Below are positions 28,886 through 36,970 of a DNA stretch of 64,000 bases, one piece after another (position 1 is the stretch's first letter; every line of letters begins with the position of its first letter). Made by a program: the position numbers and the translations under genes. The notes under the pieces are model-generated. The model was not told the DNA's origin. It was given only the letters and a program-made list of their open reading frames with translations, and made no database searches. Source of the DNA: Ignavibacteria bacterium (GTDB lineage: Bacteria > Bacteroidota > Ignavibacteria > Kapaibacteriales > UBA4661); assembly GCA_013298775.1 (NCBI GenBank), contig JAAFIV010000003.1:141460-205459 (forward strand), written 5' to 3'.

Positions 28886-29335
28886 CTATTTCTTCGCAAT
28901 CAGCACAACACCCGCCAAACACAAGAGAATACCGCACACCTTCGACCACGAAATATCCTCACGAAATAGAAACACACCGACGGGAACGAGAATCACCATC
29001 AAAAGGGAATTCGCCAAGAGCGCACCAATACTGATGTTCCAGCCAGCACGGTAGGCAAGCAAGAACCCAAGTTCCACGCCGACAATCGAAATTCCCAGCG
29101 CGTAACTCGACCAATTCAACTTCTGCACTTCCGCGCTGAGTACCTCGCCAATACTTGTTTGGAGATTGTTTTGTGGCAATGGCATTATCAGAAAAAGTGC
29201 AATACAAACAAGCAAGGCTGCGCAATAAGAAACTATCGTTGCCACAAGCGGGTGTGCGCCTTCTGGCACGGATTTCTGCGAAAGCTGATACACGACATTT
29301 GAGAGAACGATGAGAATAATGGAAAAGATTTTCAT
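28886..29335 (-). CDS. Small DMT/EamA-family membrane transporter
   Basis: 5 TM; YQLSQKS, VELGFLLAYRAGWNIS, LFREDIS..K..GI; ATG at 29335 preferred. Confidence 0.8.
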   Translation of the reverse strand: MKIFSIILIVLSNVVYQLSQKSVPEGAHPLVATIVSYCAALLVCIALFLIMPLPQNNLQTSIGEVLSAEVQKLNWSSYALGISIVGVELGFLLAYRAGWNISIGALLANSLLMVILVPVGVFLFREDISWSKVCGILLCLAGVVLIAKK

Positions 29336-29457
29336 GCTGGCGGTATGGTTTGTGGATAGGATTTTCTTATTTTTCAATATCGTAAAATTCTTGGAGACCA
29401 ATCTCTTTGAATGCGCTCTGTCCAAGACTTTTCCTGGAAAATAATCACCCAAAAACG

Positions 29458-31260
29458 ATGGCAAAAAAACGTTCACCCGCTCCCGCAACGACATCGGCTG
29501 CGCCTCGCGCCCCATTCGCATCTCGCTTTCTTTCCCGCTTTTCATGGTATCTTGTCCTCATGCCGCTTCTCACGCTGCTTTGGGGTTGGATATATTTTGA
29601 AAACGGTGAAATTATTGCGCTGAATAAAGGTTGTGGTTGGGACGGCGTAACCTACAAAAACGTTGTCTGGAGCTTGCAATGGAACAAAGCCCGCCCCGAT
29701 TACGCCGAGCGAAGCCGCTTGCGCATTGACCCCTACCGCGTACAGCGCATTGCACCAAGCGTGGCGGTGTATGGCGAGATGCAAGCCGCACGGTGGCTGT
29801 ATCAGCACGTAACGCCGATGTTTACTCGTGTTCCGGCGTGGTTGGAATGGAGCTACGAACAATATCCGCTTCCGCCGTGGTTTTTTCGGTGGTTTGCTGA
29901 TAATTCTATCAATTCAAACCAAGCGGCAAATGCCCAAAGCGTCGCACTGACGCTGGATAGCCTTGTTGCGGGATATTTCGTTTTTCACAGTTTGCTCATG
30001 CTGCTCGGAACGGCAGTGCTGTGGGCAATGACGGCGCGAAAGCTCAATCTTGGTGTAGCGGCGCGGTGGCTGGGCTTTTGCGGGCTTTTTGCGAATGTCG
30101 CCGTGATGAAAATGAGTTTGTATTATCCCACACTCACCGACACGACCGCGCTGTTTGTGGCAATGCTGATGCTGTATGCGTACATTGCCAACAGCGCGTG
30201 GTTGCTGCTTCCGGCGGCAGTGCTGGGCTTTTTTACCTTCCCGACGGCGATGTATGTTGCGGCGTTGCTGTTTCTCTTTCCGCGCAATATCGTTTTGCAC
30301 AATGAAGTAGCACCAGGAGAAGTAGCACCAGGAGAAGTAGCACAACCTGAAACACCAGCAATGACGGTCTTTGTACGAAATGTAAGCATTGGTGCGGTGG
30401 TGGTGGTATTGCTGGCAAGCGTGTATTTTGTGCTGATTGCAGAAGTGCGTTTTGTGGAGGTTGAGCCGCTTCAGCCGTTGTTGCTCATTCTCACGCTGCC
30501 CTTGCTCTGCGGGCAAGTATTCTTCACGGTTTCAAGGCTTGCAGCACAGTTTCCCGTGCAAGCGATAATGCGCCATTTCACGGAGCGCAAACATCTTGCT
30601 GGATACGCCCTGCGAGCCTTGATTTTGCTTGTTCTTTGGGCGGGATTGCTGTATTGGAAAAAGCAAATTGAAGACCCCACGCTTGCCGCGCCGATGAATA
30701 CAAGCCTATTTTTTGGTGGAAGTTTTGCCAGTGCGCTTGGAAAGCCCTTGTTGCCTGTGCTGGCGGGCGCGGTGTATTTTGGTCCAATTATTTTGGTGAT
30801 GATTCTTCGCTTTCGAGAATTTCTCAAAGCCGCATGGAATCTGGGTTTGGGCTATATGCTTGTGATAACGGCATTGCTGCTCATGGGAGCAATTATGTCG
30901 GAAACGCGGCAGCTTATCAATTTCTTGCCGTTTTTGGTGTTGGGTGTGGCGTACAGCCTTGATTCTGTCAGGCTTCCACGCATCGCGCTGGTGCTGTTCG
31001 CGCTTGTCGGCGTGATGGCAGCGAAAGTCTGGCTCCCGTTCAATTTTACAGGAATGGCGGAGCAAGCGGCAAACATCACAGGCGGCATCCATGCAACGTT
31101 TCCCTTGCAATACTACTTTATGAATCACGGACCATGGATGAGTTGGGCGAGTTATTTCCTGCAAGGAGCGTGTGCGCTTGTGGTGGCGGGGTTGCTGTGG
31201 TGGGTGCTGTCGCCGCAGTTTGCGGCGGAGTATGGGGAAAAGCAATCACAACAAAAATAA
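29458..31260 (+). CDS. Polytopic membrane protein, GT-C glycosyltransferase-like
   Basis: More than 12 TM segments; GWDGVTY loop after TM1, YYPTLTD, ETRQLINFLP; in-frame EVAPG repeat at 30304-30348. Confidence 0.55.
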   Translation: MAKKRSPAPATTSAAPRAPFASRFLSRFSWYLVLMPLLTLLWGWIYFENGEIIALNKGCGWDGVTYKNVVWSLQWNKARPDYAERSRLRIDPYRVQRIAPSVAVYGEMQAARWLYQHVTPMFTRVPAWLEWSYEQYPLPPWFFRWFADNSINSNQAANAQSVALTLDSLVAGYFVFHSLLMLLGTAVLWAMTARKLNLGVAARWLGFCGLFANVAVMKMSLYYPTLTDTTALFVAMLMLYAYIANSAWLLLPAAVLGFFTFPTAMYVAALLFLFPRNIVLHNEVAPGEVAPGEVAQPETPAMTVFVRNVSIGAVVVVLLASVYFVLIAEVRFVEVEPLQPLLLILTLPLLCGQVFFTVSRLAAQFPVQAIMRHFTERKHLAGYALRALILLVLWAGLLYWKKQIEDPTLAAPMNTSLFFGGSFASALGKPLLPVLAGAVYFGPIILVMILRFREFLKAAWNLGLGYMLVITALLLMGAIMSETRQLINFLPFLVLGVAYSLDSVRLPRIALVLFALVGVMAAKVWLPFNFTGMAEQAANITGGIHATFPLQYYFMNHGPWMSWASYFLQGACALVVAGLLWWVLSPQFAAEYGEKQSQQK

Positions 31261-31270
31261 TTCTCATCCC

Positions 31271-31346
31271 CCTGAAAGAAATTCCTCGCTCATGTGTCAT
31301 TCCTGAAATCCCGTGTTTACTCAATTCTTTTTCGATACAATATGCG
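31271..31346 (+). repeat. ~75-bp upstream element duplicated at 36036-36110
   Basis: CCTGAAAGAAATTCCTCGCTCATGTGTCATTCC(T/A)GAAATCCCGT(G/T)TTTACTCAATTC occurs at both sites. Confidence 0.9.
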
Positions 31347-32004
31347 TTTGTTTCTCTTGTTCTTCGCGATAGCAATCGTGCTACCAGCAAGTACCTACGC
31401 CGCTTTTGGCGAAGGCACCGACAGCACCAAAACTGATTCCAATCAAGTACGAATGTACCAATACATAGGCGCAAGTGCCATGCTCACAACGGGACATCGC
31501 ACACTCGGCATCCCGCCAGAGTTTGCTGCACAGTTCGGAGATGCGCCGCTTGTGAGTTTTGGCTTGCATGGCGTGTGGCTAGGAGATTTGCTCTTCAAAA
31601 CCAACAAACTCCGCACCTCTTACGGCATTGAGAAAATCCTGAACGCTTATCCTTCGCCGCGTATCTTGGAAAATATTCGTTTTGCTGTTCAGTTTGGCTA
31701 CTACGTTTTTGAGCAGGAAATGACGCAGAAAGGGCTGAAAGCCTATCCTTTTCTTGGTTTTTCCTCAAGCATTTACTACGTCGATAATGGTGTTCGCCTG
31801 AGTGTTGCTTCTGTGGAAGGCGGCGCAGGTGTGGACTGGTTTGTCCCCCAGACACCGCTTCTCGTCGGCATTCAAGCCTCGTACAATCATAGTTGGAATC
31901 TTCGCGCGGCGCAGAATGTGGCGAATAATGTGGGTGGCGTTTGTGTGAAAGCGCAGGTTTCTATTTTTATTCGGGAGAAGAAGAATCCTTTGGGATGGGA
32001 CTGA
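31342..32004 (+). CDS. Hypothetical outer-membrane protein, paralog A
   Basis: Signal peptide and beta-strand pattern; clearly homologous to 35310-35990 and 36106-36816. Confidence 0.8.
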   Translation: MRLFLLFFAIAIVLPASTYAAFGEGTDSTKTDSNQVRMYQYIGASAMLTTGHRTLGIPPEFAAQFGDAPLVSFGLHGVWLGDLLFKTNKLRTSYGIEKILNAYPSPRILENIRFAVQFGYYVFEQEMTQKGLKAYPFLGFSSSIYYVDNGVRLSVASVEGGAGVDWFVPQTPLLVGIQASYNHSWNLRAAQNVANNVGGVCVKAQVSIFIREKKNPLGWD

Positions 32005-32291
32005 AAGAAAGGCATGATACGTCCTTTTGAATGTGCCTCAACACAAGATTTTATCAAGCCTACAAGCCTCTTTTTTGATTTCTGCACTTTTAAGTGCTTT
32101 TCCCTGCAAGCCTGATGACACCTTGCTTTGAAGTTATTTTATTTTCAGGGTCAGTGAATTGTTGAATGCAGCTACATTGTACAACTGCATATTGTTCATA
32201 GAGATAATTCCATCTTTTTGTTATCTTACGCTATGAATAAATGTGGGTAGTATTGGTGTTCGATGTTCAACATTTTCCCTGATTCTGCCGT

Positions 32292-32831
32292 ATGCTTACT
32301 GCTACTGCTTTGGCGGATATTGATTCCGCTCTGCGCCATGCCGAACAAATGCGTTTGTTCGCAGACTGGCTCTTGCAACAACATGAACCCGTTCTTCTTC
32401 AAGCGGTCTTTCAGCCCTCGCAGAACGCTGTTTCGCTGTGTGCTGAGAGCGGCGAGAGTATGTTGCTGCCCTACGACGACATTCTTTACTGCCTCGTCAG
32501 CGAGCATTTTAGCGAGTTGTACTACCACGTCCCACCTCTCGGCAAAACGGTACAGAAATCCCTCCACAACAAGCCCCTGAAAGACTGGGAAGCAATGCTG
32601 CCCAGCACCCTTTTTGTGAAGGTGAATAAATCCTGCCTCATCAACAGCAAGCACGTGCGCGTTGTTGAGCGTTGGGACACGGGCAAGGGCTTTCTGCTGA
32701 CCATGAGCGACGGCAAAGAAATAAAAGTCTCGCGCAACCACGTGGAGAAGCTCCGCGCCCTGTGTGCGGCACGTTTCCCTATCCTGCAGGTGTATGGTCG
32801 TGGGGGGGGGGCAGACGAAAGAGCCGCGTAA
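32292..32831 (+). CDS. Stand-alone LytTR-domain transcriptional regulator (no receiver domain)
   Basis: DDILYC, LKDWEAMLPSTLFVKVNKSCLIN, LTMSDGKEIKVSRN are LytTR hallmarks; an in-frame TGA at 32280 excludes an upstream REC domain. Confidence 0.85.
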   Translation: MLTATALADIDSALRHAEQMRLFADWLLQQHEPVLLQAVFQPSQNAVSLCAESGESMLLPYDDILYCLVSEHFSELYYHVPPLGKTVQKSLHNKPLKDWEAMLPSTLFVKVNKSCLINSKHVRVVERWDTGKGFLLTMSDGKEIKVSRNHVEKLRALCAARFPILQVYGRGGGADERAA

Positions 32832-32914
32832 AAATAAGCCCTAACAATTTGGGAATAAAGAAGTAAACGCTGGTTTGAAATTTCAAAATTCTTTGCAGAA
32901 AATCACTGTACGGA

Positions 32915-33050
32915 GGACACTTTCCGCGAATAATACCTGCGCGAAGTGTCCTCTTCTTGTGTAAAAAACGCGAAAGTGGACACTTGAGGAAGTAATGCGG
33001 ACACTTCAGGAAAAGGCACTTGTGAAGAAAAAAGGAATCGTGTAGATTCG
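32915..33050 (+). promoter_or_regulatory. Phased GGACACTT direct repeats (candidate LytTR operator) and promoter candidate
   Basis: GGACACTT at 32915, 32978 and 32999 (63- and 21-bp spacing), inverted copy at 32944; TTG-N20-TAGATTCG at 33020-33050. Confidence 0.6.
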
Positions 33051-33242
33051 CACTTGTTACGCTGAAATGATAAACATTCTCAGGAATAACAAAACAAACG
33101 GCTCACCGCTTTTCTTCCGCTTGACGGTGAACCGCTTGTGAGGAAAAACCTCGCTGCATCAAGGAAAAGTTTTCGCGGACTTTCTTGACATGATGCAAAA
33201 CTACACATTTTTTACGAGCGGAAAAATTTTCTGGAGTTTTGT

Positions 33243-33464
33243 ATGAAAACCCAAAAACAACGTTTGGCGGCAATGATGTTTGCTGTGTTAGTCTTTGGAG
33301 CTGGTATGACACCAGTCCTTGCTAATTCAGCCGCTTTGAAACTTATTGTATTTGTTGGCGGTATTGTCCTAAATGGACCTCCAGAGATTTACACACCGAT
33401 GATGGTAGGTGCGGTCGTTGCTGGATTTACCCCTTTATGGCCAGTTGCTGTCGGTCTTTTATAA
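33243..33464 (+). CDS. 73-aa hydrophobic peptide; putative circular-bacteriocin-like precursor
   Basis: Basic n-region, hydrophobic leader ending PVLAN, 45-aa Gly/Ala/Val/Pro-rich core; GGAG 6 nt upstream; adjacent Yip1-like and SpoIIM genes. Confidence 0.65.
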   Translation: MKTQKQRLAAMMFAVLVFGAGMTPVLANSAALKLIVFVGGIVLNGPPEIYTPMMVGAVVAGFTPLWPVAVGLL

Positions 33465-33488
33465 TCGCCGCAAACTTATTTCACTCTA

Positions 33489-33549
33489 CGTTTGCTTGAA
33501 ATTTGGATTTGATTTTCAAGGAAAATCTATTCAAAATTTCAAGCAAACG
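33489..33549 (+). terminator. Long stem-loop after the peptide gene (stabiliser or attenuator)
   Basis: CGTTTGCTTGAAATTT...GATTTTC AAG GAAAATC...AAATTTCAAGCAAACG; 16-bp perfect outer stem. Confidence 0.7.
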
Positions 33550-33599
33550 GAGGGTAAATAATTTCTATACATCCATCTTTTGAATAGTGCCAATCCATC

Positions 33600-34403
33600 A
33601 TGATACGAACCTATAAAACTCATATCTTATTTCATGGAATAGCATTAGCAGTTTTTTTTGCTTGTTTTTCTGCATACGCTTTTACATCCTTGAAAGTTGG
33701 ATTTCCCTTTGCAAACAAACTTATAGGAATCTTTCAAGCCGTCTGCGCCATCAGCCTAATACTTATCTTTTCACATAAAACCTGTCAAAGTATTCTCAAC
33801 AATATGAAAGGCTTATATGATGGTGTAGCTCGTGGTGATAGCTTGCTTTCTAAAAATTTTGCAATCATTATTGTCATTGCCTGTATCGCAATCACAGTTA
33901 TTCATTTAACCTATATTTCATCTTACATCCAATTCACAAGCCACTTGGATAATCCCCATGTTGAAAAACTATTATACGCCTTTACAATCATTGGTTCATC
34001 GGTAGGAATTCTTATAAATTGGCTGCTATTATCGGCATTATCGTATTTATTGGCAACAGCTCTTGACATTCATCACAATTTTAATTTTTATGTCTCTGCC
34101 GTCGGTATAGGGCAGATAGGGATGTTTCTTGCGATATTTACTGCATTCCTGATGAGTTTACTTACATTAGACTCAATGATGTCAATCTCGCATTTTGCTG
34201 AAATGTCCATAAATTCTTATGAGCGAAATATGATTGGTAAATTCGGTGAATTTGTTATGCTATTTATCATTTGCTGCTTCTTAATGCTCAATGAAAAAAT
34301 ATCTTCAAAATATGCCGTAATTATAGCATTTGTGCCAACTCTACTTGTCGGTTTCATCAGTGAACTTGTAAAATTTTTGACCCAAAATTTATTCTTGCAA
34401 TGA
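33600..34403 (+). CDS. Yip1-like polytopic membrane protein
   Basis: About 7 TM; ILINWLLLSALSYLLA..L and KISSKYAVIIAFVP resemble Yip1 patterns; ATGA overlap with the next gene; AT-rich. Confidence 0.6.
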   Translation: MIRTYKTHILFHGIALAVFFACFSAYAFTSLKVGFPFANKLIGIFQAVCAISLILIFSHKTCQSILNNMKGLYDGVARGDSLLSKNFAIIIVIACIAITVIHLTYISSYIQFTSHLDNPHVEKLLYAFTIIGSSVGILINWLLLSALSYLLATALDIHHNFNFYVSAVGIGQIGMFLAIFTAFLMSLLTLDSMMSISHFAEMSINSYERNMIGKFGEFVMLFIICCFLMLNEKISSKYAVIIAFVPTLLVGFISELVKFLTQNLFLQ

Positions 34404-34990
34404 AAATCTTTAGACGCTTTTTGCAGCTATCAGAACTACAACAAACATATATCCTTTTACTCTGTTTGTTAGGGGCATTATTGATAGGGTTGTTTTGTGG
34501 CATAAAATCTTCAGCAAGTGTAAGTAACACTTTAGTTTTACAGGCAAGTAGGGATGCTAATATTATTGAACAAGCTACTTTTGTAACATTTCAAAAAATA
34601 GCTGTAAACAACCTATTATGCGCTGGTCTGTTACTCACAAGTTTCTTTTCCTTTGGCTTAATACCAATTTTGATAATTGCTTACAACGGCATCATGATTG
34701 GCTATACCCTGAAACTTGGATGCAACCAAATTGGTGTTTTACCCACTTTAGCATTAGTCTTGCCGCATGGTGTTGTAGAAATGACAGCAATTTTATTTGC
34801 TGCATTTTTAGGAATGCGCATATCCATTGCTTTCATTGAGTTTTTGCAGTCCGATATGGAAAACAAACGATTTTTTTCAATGTTATTTAGTACCCAAAAT
34901 ATTCTTCTACTGGGATTGATACTCATTGCCGCCTTAATTGAATCTTTTATTACACCATACATTTACGACTATGTTCTGCATTCAATCTAA
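34400..34990 (+). CDS. Stage II sporulation protein M / DUF95-family membrane protein
   Basis: IAVNNL, FSFGLIP, YNGIMIG, LPHGVVEMTA, IAALIESFITP are the characteristic DUF95 motifs. Confidence 0.9.
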   Translation: MKIFRRFLQLSELQQTYILLLCLLGALLIGLFCGIKSSASVSNTLVLQASRDANIIEQATFVTFQKIAVNNLLCAGLLLTSFFSFGLIPILIIAYNGIMIGYTLKLGCNQIGVLPTLALVLPHGVVEMTAILFAAFLGMRISIAFIEFLQSDMENKRFFSMLFSTQNILLLGLILIAALIESFITPYIYDYVLHSI

Positions 34991-35309
34991 GCAAAAAACA
35001 CAGAGTGAATACGTCCATTTTCCTCGTAGTATTGGCAATATTGAGCATTTTCAATAATCTCAGCCTTCACGCACAAAAACTAAAACCTTCCTCACGATGC
35101 GACTTCTCGCTGGCAAGCCTCTCACTACCTGGGTATCGTATTATCAATACAAGTAGGCTACGCATTCATGGGGTCTCCGCGCTCCAAAAGATGTCCCAGA
35201 CAATCAGTCATAAATTACTAGATTTAACCTATCGTTCTGGCTCCGCAACCAATCTTCCCAACGGGAACTTTAGCCTTCTTCTTTTTCCGTACTCTATTTT
35301 CATATCGTT

Positions 35310-35990
35310 ATGTCTTACCATTTCTCCCTCCGTTGTTTGGTTTTCCTATCCATTGTATTTCTTACTACACCGAGTATATACGCTGCTTTGGGCGAAGGCA
35401 CAGATAGCACCAAAACTGACTCTACACAACTGCGAATGTATCAATACTTGGGCGCAAGCTCTATGCTCACAAGCGGACACCGCACACTTGGCATCCCTCC
35501 GGAATTTGCTACGCAGTTCGGTGATGCACCGCTTGTGAGTGTTGGTTTTTATGGCGTGTGGGTAGGAGATTTACTCTTTAAAACTAGTAAACTCCGCACG
35601 GCTGCTAGCTTTGAGAAGATACTTAATGCTTATCCGTCATCGCGCATATTTGAAAACTGGCGTTTTATGGCACAGTTTGGCTACTATGTCGCTGAACAAG
35701 AGAGTAATAAACCTAAAGGACTGAAAGCCTATCCTTTCCTTGGGTATAGCTGGAATTTATACTACATAGACAATAGTGTTCGTATGAGCATTCTTTCTGT
35801 GGACGGCGGGGCGGGCGCTGACTGGTTTATCCCCCAAACCCCAGTGCTGGTCGGCGTTCAAGCCTCCTACAATCACAGTTGGAATCTTAGTGCTGCAAAG
35901 GAAGTAGTAAATAATGTAAGTGGTTTGTCTATTAAAGCACACATCGCAATTTTTATTTTTGAGAAAAAAAATCCTTTCGGCTGGAACTAA
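35310..35990 (+). CDS. Hypothetical outer-membrane protein, paralog B
   Basis: Mature region roughly three-quarters identical (by eye) to paralog A; different signal peptide. Confidence 0.8.
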   Translation: MSYHFSLRCLVFLSIVFLTTPSIYAALGEGTDSTKTDSTQLRMYQYLGASSMLTSGHRTLGIPPEFATQFGDAPLVSVGFYGVWVGDLLFKTSKLRTAASFEKILNAYPSSRIFENWRFMAQFGYYVAEQESNKPKGLKAYPFLGYSWNLYYIDNSVRMSILSVDGGAGADWFIPQTPVLVGVQASYNHSWNLSAAKEVVNNVSGLSIKAHIAIFIFEKKNPFGWN

Positions 35991-36105
35991 GGAAAGACAA
36001 ACATCAAACGGCTCGTTTTGAAAAAATGACATCTACCTGAAAGAAATTCCTCGCTCATGTGTCATTCCAGAAATCCCGTTTTTACTCAATTCCTTTTGAA
36101 AAAAT

Positions 36106-36816
36106 ATGCGCTTGCTTCTTTATTTCTGGATAATAGCAATCGTGCTACCATCAAACATTTACGCGCTCGGCATGGAGAGCGATAGCACACAAACTCGCAT
36201 GGGTAGCGTGTACGCGGGTATTACCCCAGCAAATACGGCAACCGCCGACAGCCTCCGTGCAGATTCAGCAAAGGTGCGGATGCGGCAATACGTTGGAGCC
36301 GCCTCGACGCTTACTACCAATCACCGCTCGCTTGGTCTTCCAGCAGAATACGCTGCACAGTACGGAAATATGCCGCTTTCCAGCGTTGGCATCAATTTTA
36401 TTGCTATCGGCAATTTCCTTTTCCAAACCAATCGTTTGCGTTCTTCCGTCACATTTGAACGCTTTGTGAATGTCTATCCCTCGAACAAAATACTGGAAAA
36501 TTTTCGAGAATGTCTTCAAATCGGCTACTACGTCTATGAGCGAGATGCTATCAAGCTGTATCCATTCATTGGCGGCACGGTGGGATTGTACTACATAGAT
36601 AATGGCATTCGATTGGGTGTGTTTGCAGCAGAAGCAGGTGCGGGGCTTGATTACTTCATTCCCAAGACCTCGCTGCTTGCTGGACTACAAGTTTCCTACA
36701 ATCATACGTGGAATATTCGGTCTGCGGCGGATGCTGTCGGTAATATCGGCGGTGTGGCAGTGCGGGCGCACGTTTCCATCCTCTTTAGCGAGCGCACCAC
36801 GTGGTGGGGCTGGTAA
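36106..36816 (+). CDS. Hypothetical outer-membrane protein, paralog C
   Basis: Shares RMxQYxGA, HRxLGxP, YPS..I.EN, SYNHxWN with A and B; signal peptide and upstream DNA resemble A. Confidence 0.8.
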   Translation: MRLLLYFWIIAIVLPSNIYALGMESDSTQTRMGSVYAGITPANTATADSLRADSAKVRMRQYVGAASTLTTNHRSLGLPAEYAAQYGNMPLSSVGINFIAIGNFLFQTNRLRSSVTFERFVNVYPSNKILENFRECLQIGYYVYERDAIKLYPFIGGTVGLYYIDNGIRLGVFAAEAGAGLDYFIPKTSLLAGLQVSYNHTWNIRSAADAVGNIGGVAVRAHVSILFSERTTWWGW

Positions 36817-36827
36817 AATCTTACTCC

Positions 36828-36938
36828 TCCCGCCCAAGCGGCTGTTATCACAAGCACAGTAGCCGTCCGGCGGGTGCTGTGCAAGCGACCACCCGCCGGA
36901 CGGCAGCGTTCATGCACTCCTCAGCCGCCCGACGGGAA
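36828..36938. repeat. Repeat family A
   Basis: Full nested palindrome. Confidence 0.9.
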
Positions 36939-36970
36939 GAACTGAACATTCAACAATCATTCAAACACCT

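Noticed and set aside
7259..32831. Pairing the orphan LytS kinase with the cassette LytTR protein
   Set aside because: The LytTR protein has no receiver domain to accept phosphate, and the genes are 24 kb apart.
33243..33464. Peptide as a VirB2/TrbC conjugative pilin (also cyclic, with signal peptide and a GP motif)
   Set aside because: The core is much shorter than typical pilins, no type IV secretion genes are nearby, and the SpoIIM/Yip1 context favours a bacteriocin-like system. Not fully excluded.
34400..34990. SpoIIM as evidence of sporulation
   Set aside because: DUF95 is a widespread membrane family; the organism appears diderm and no other sporulation genes are present.
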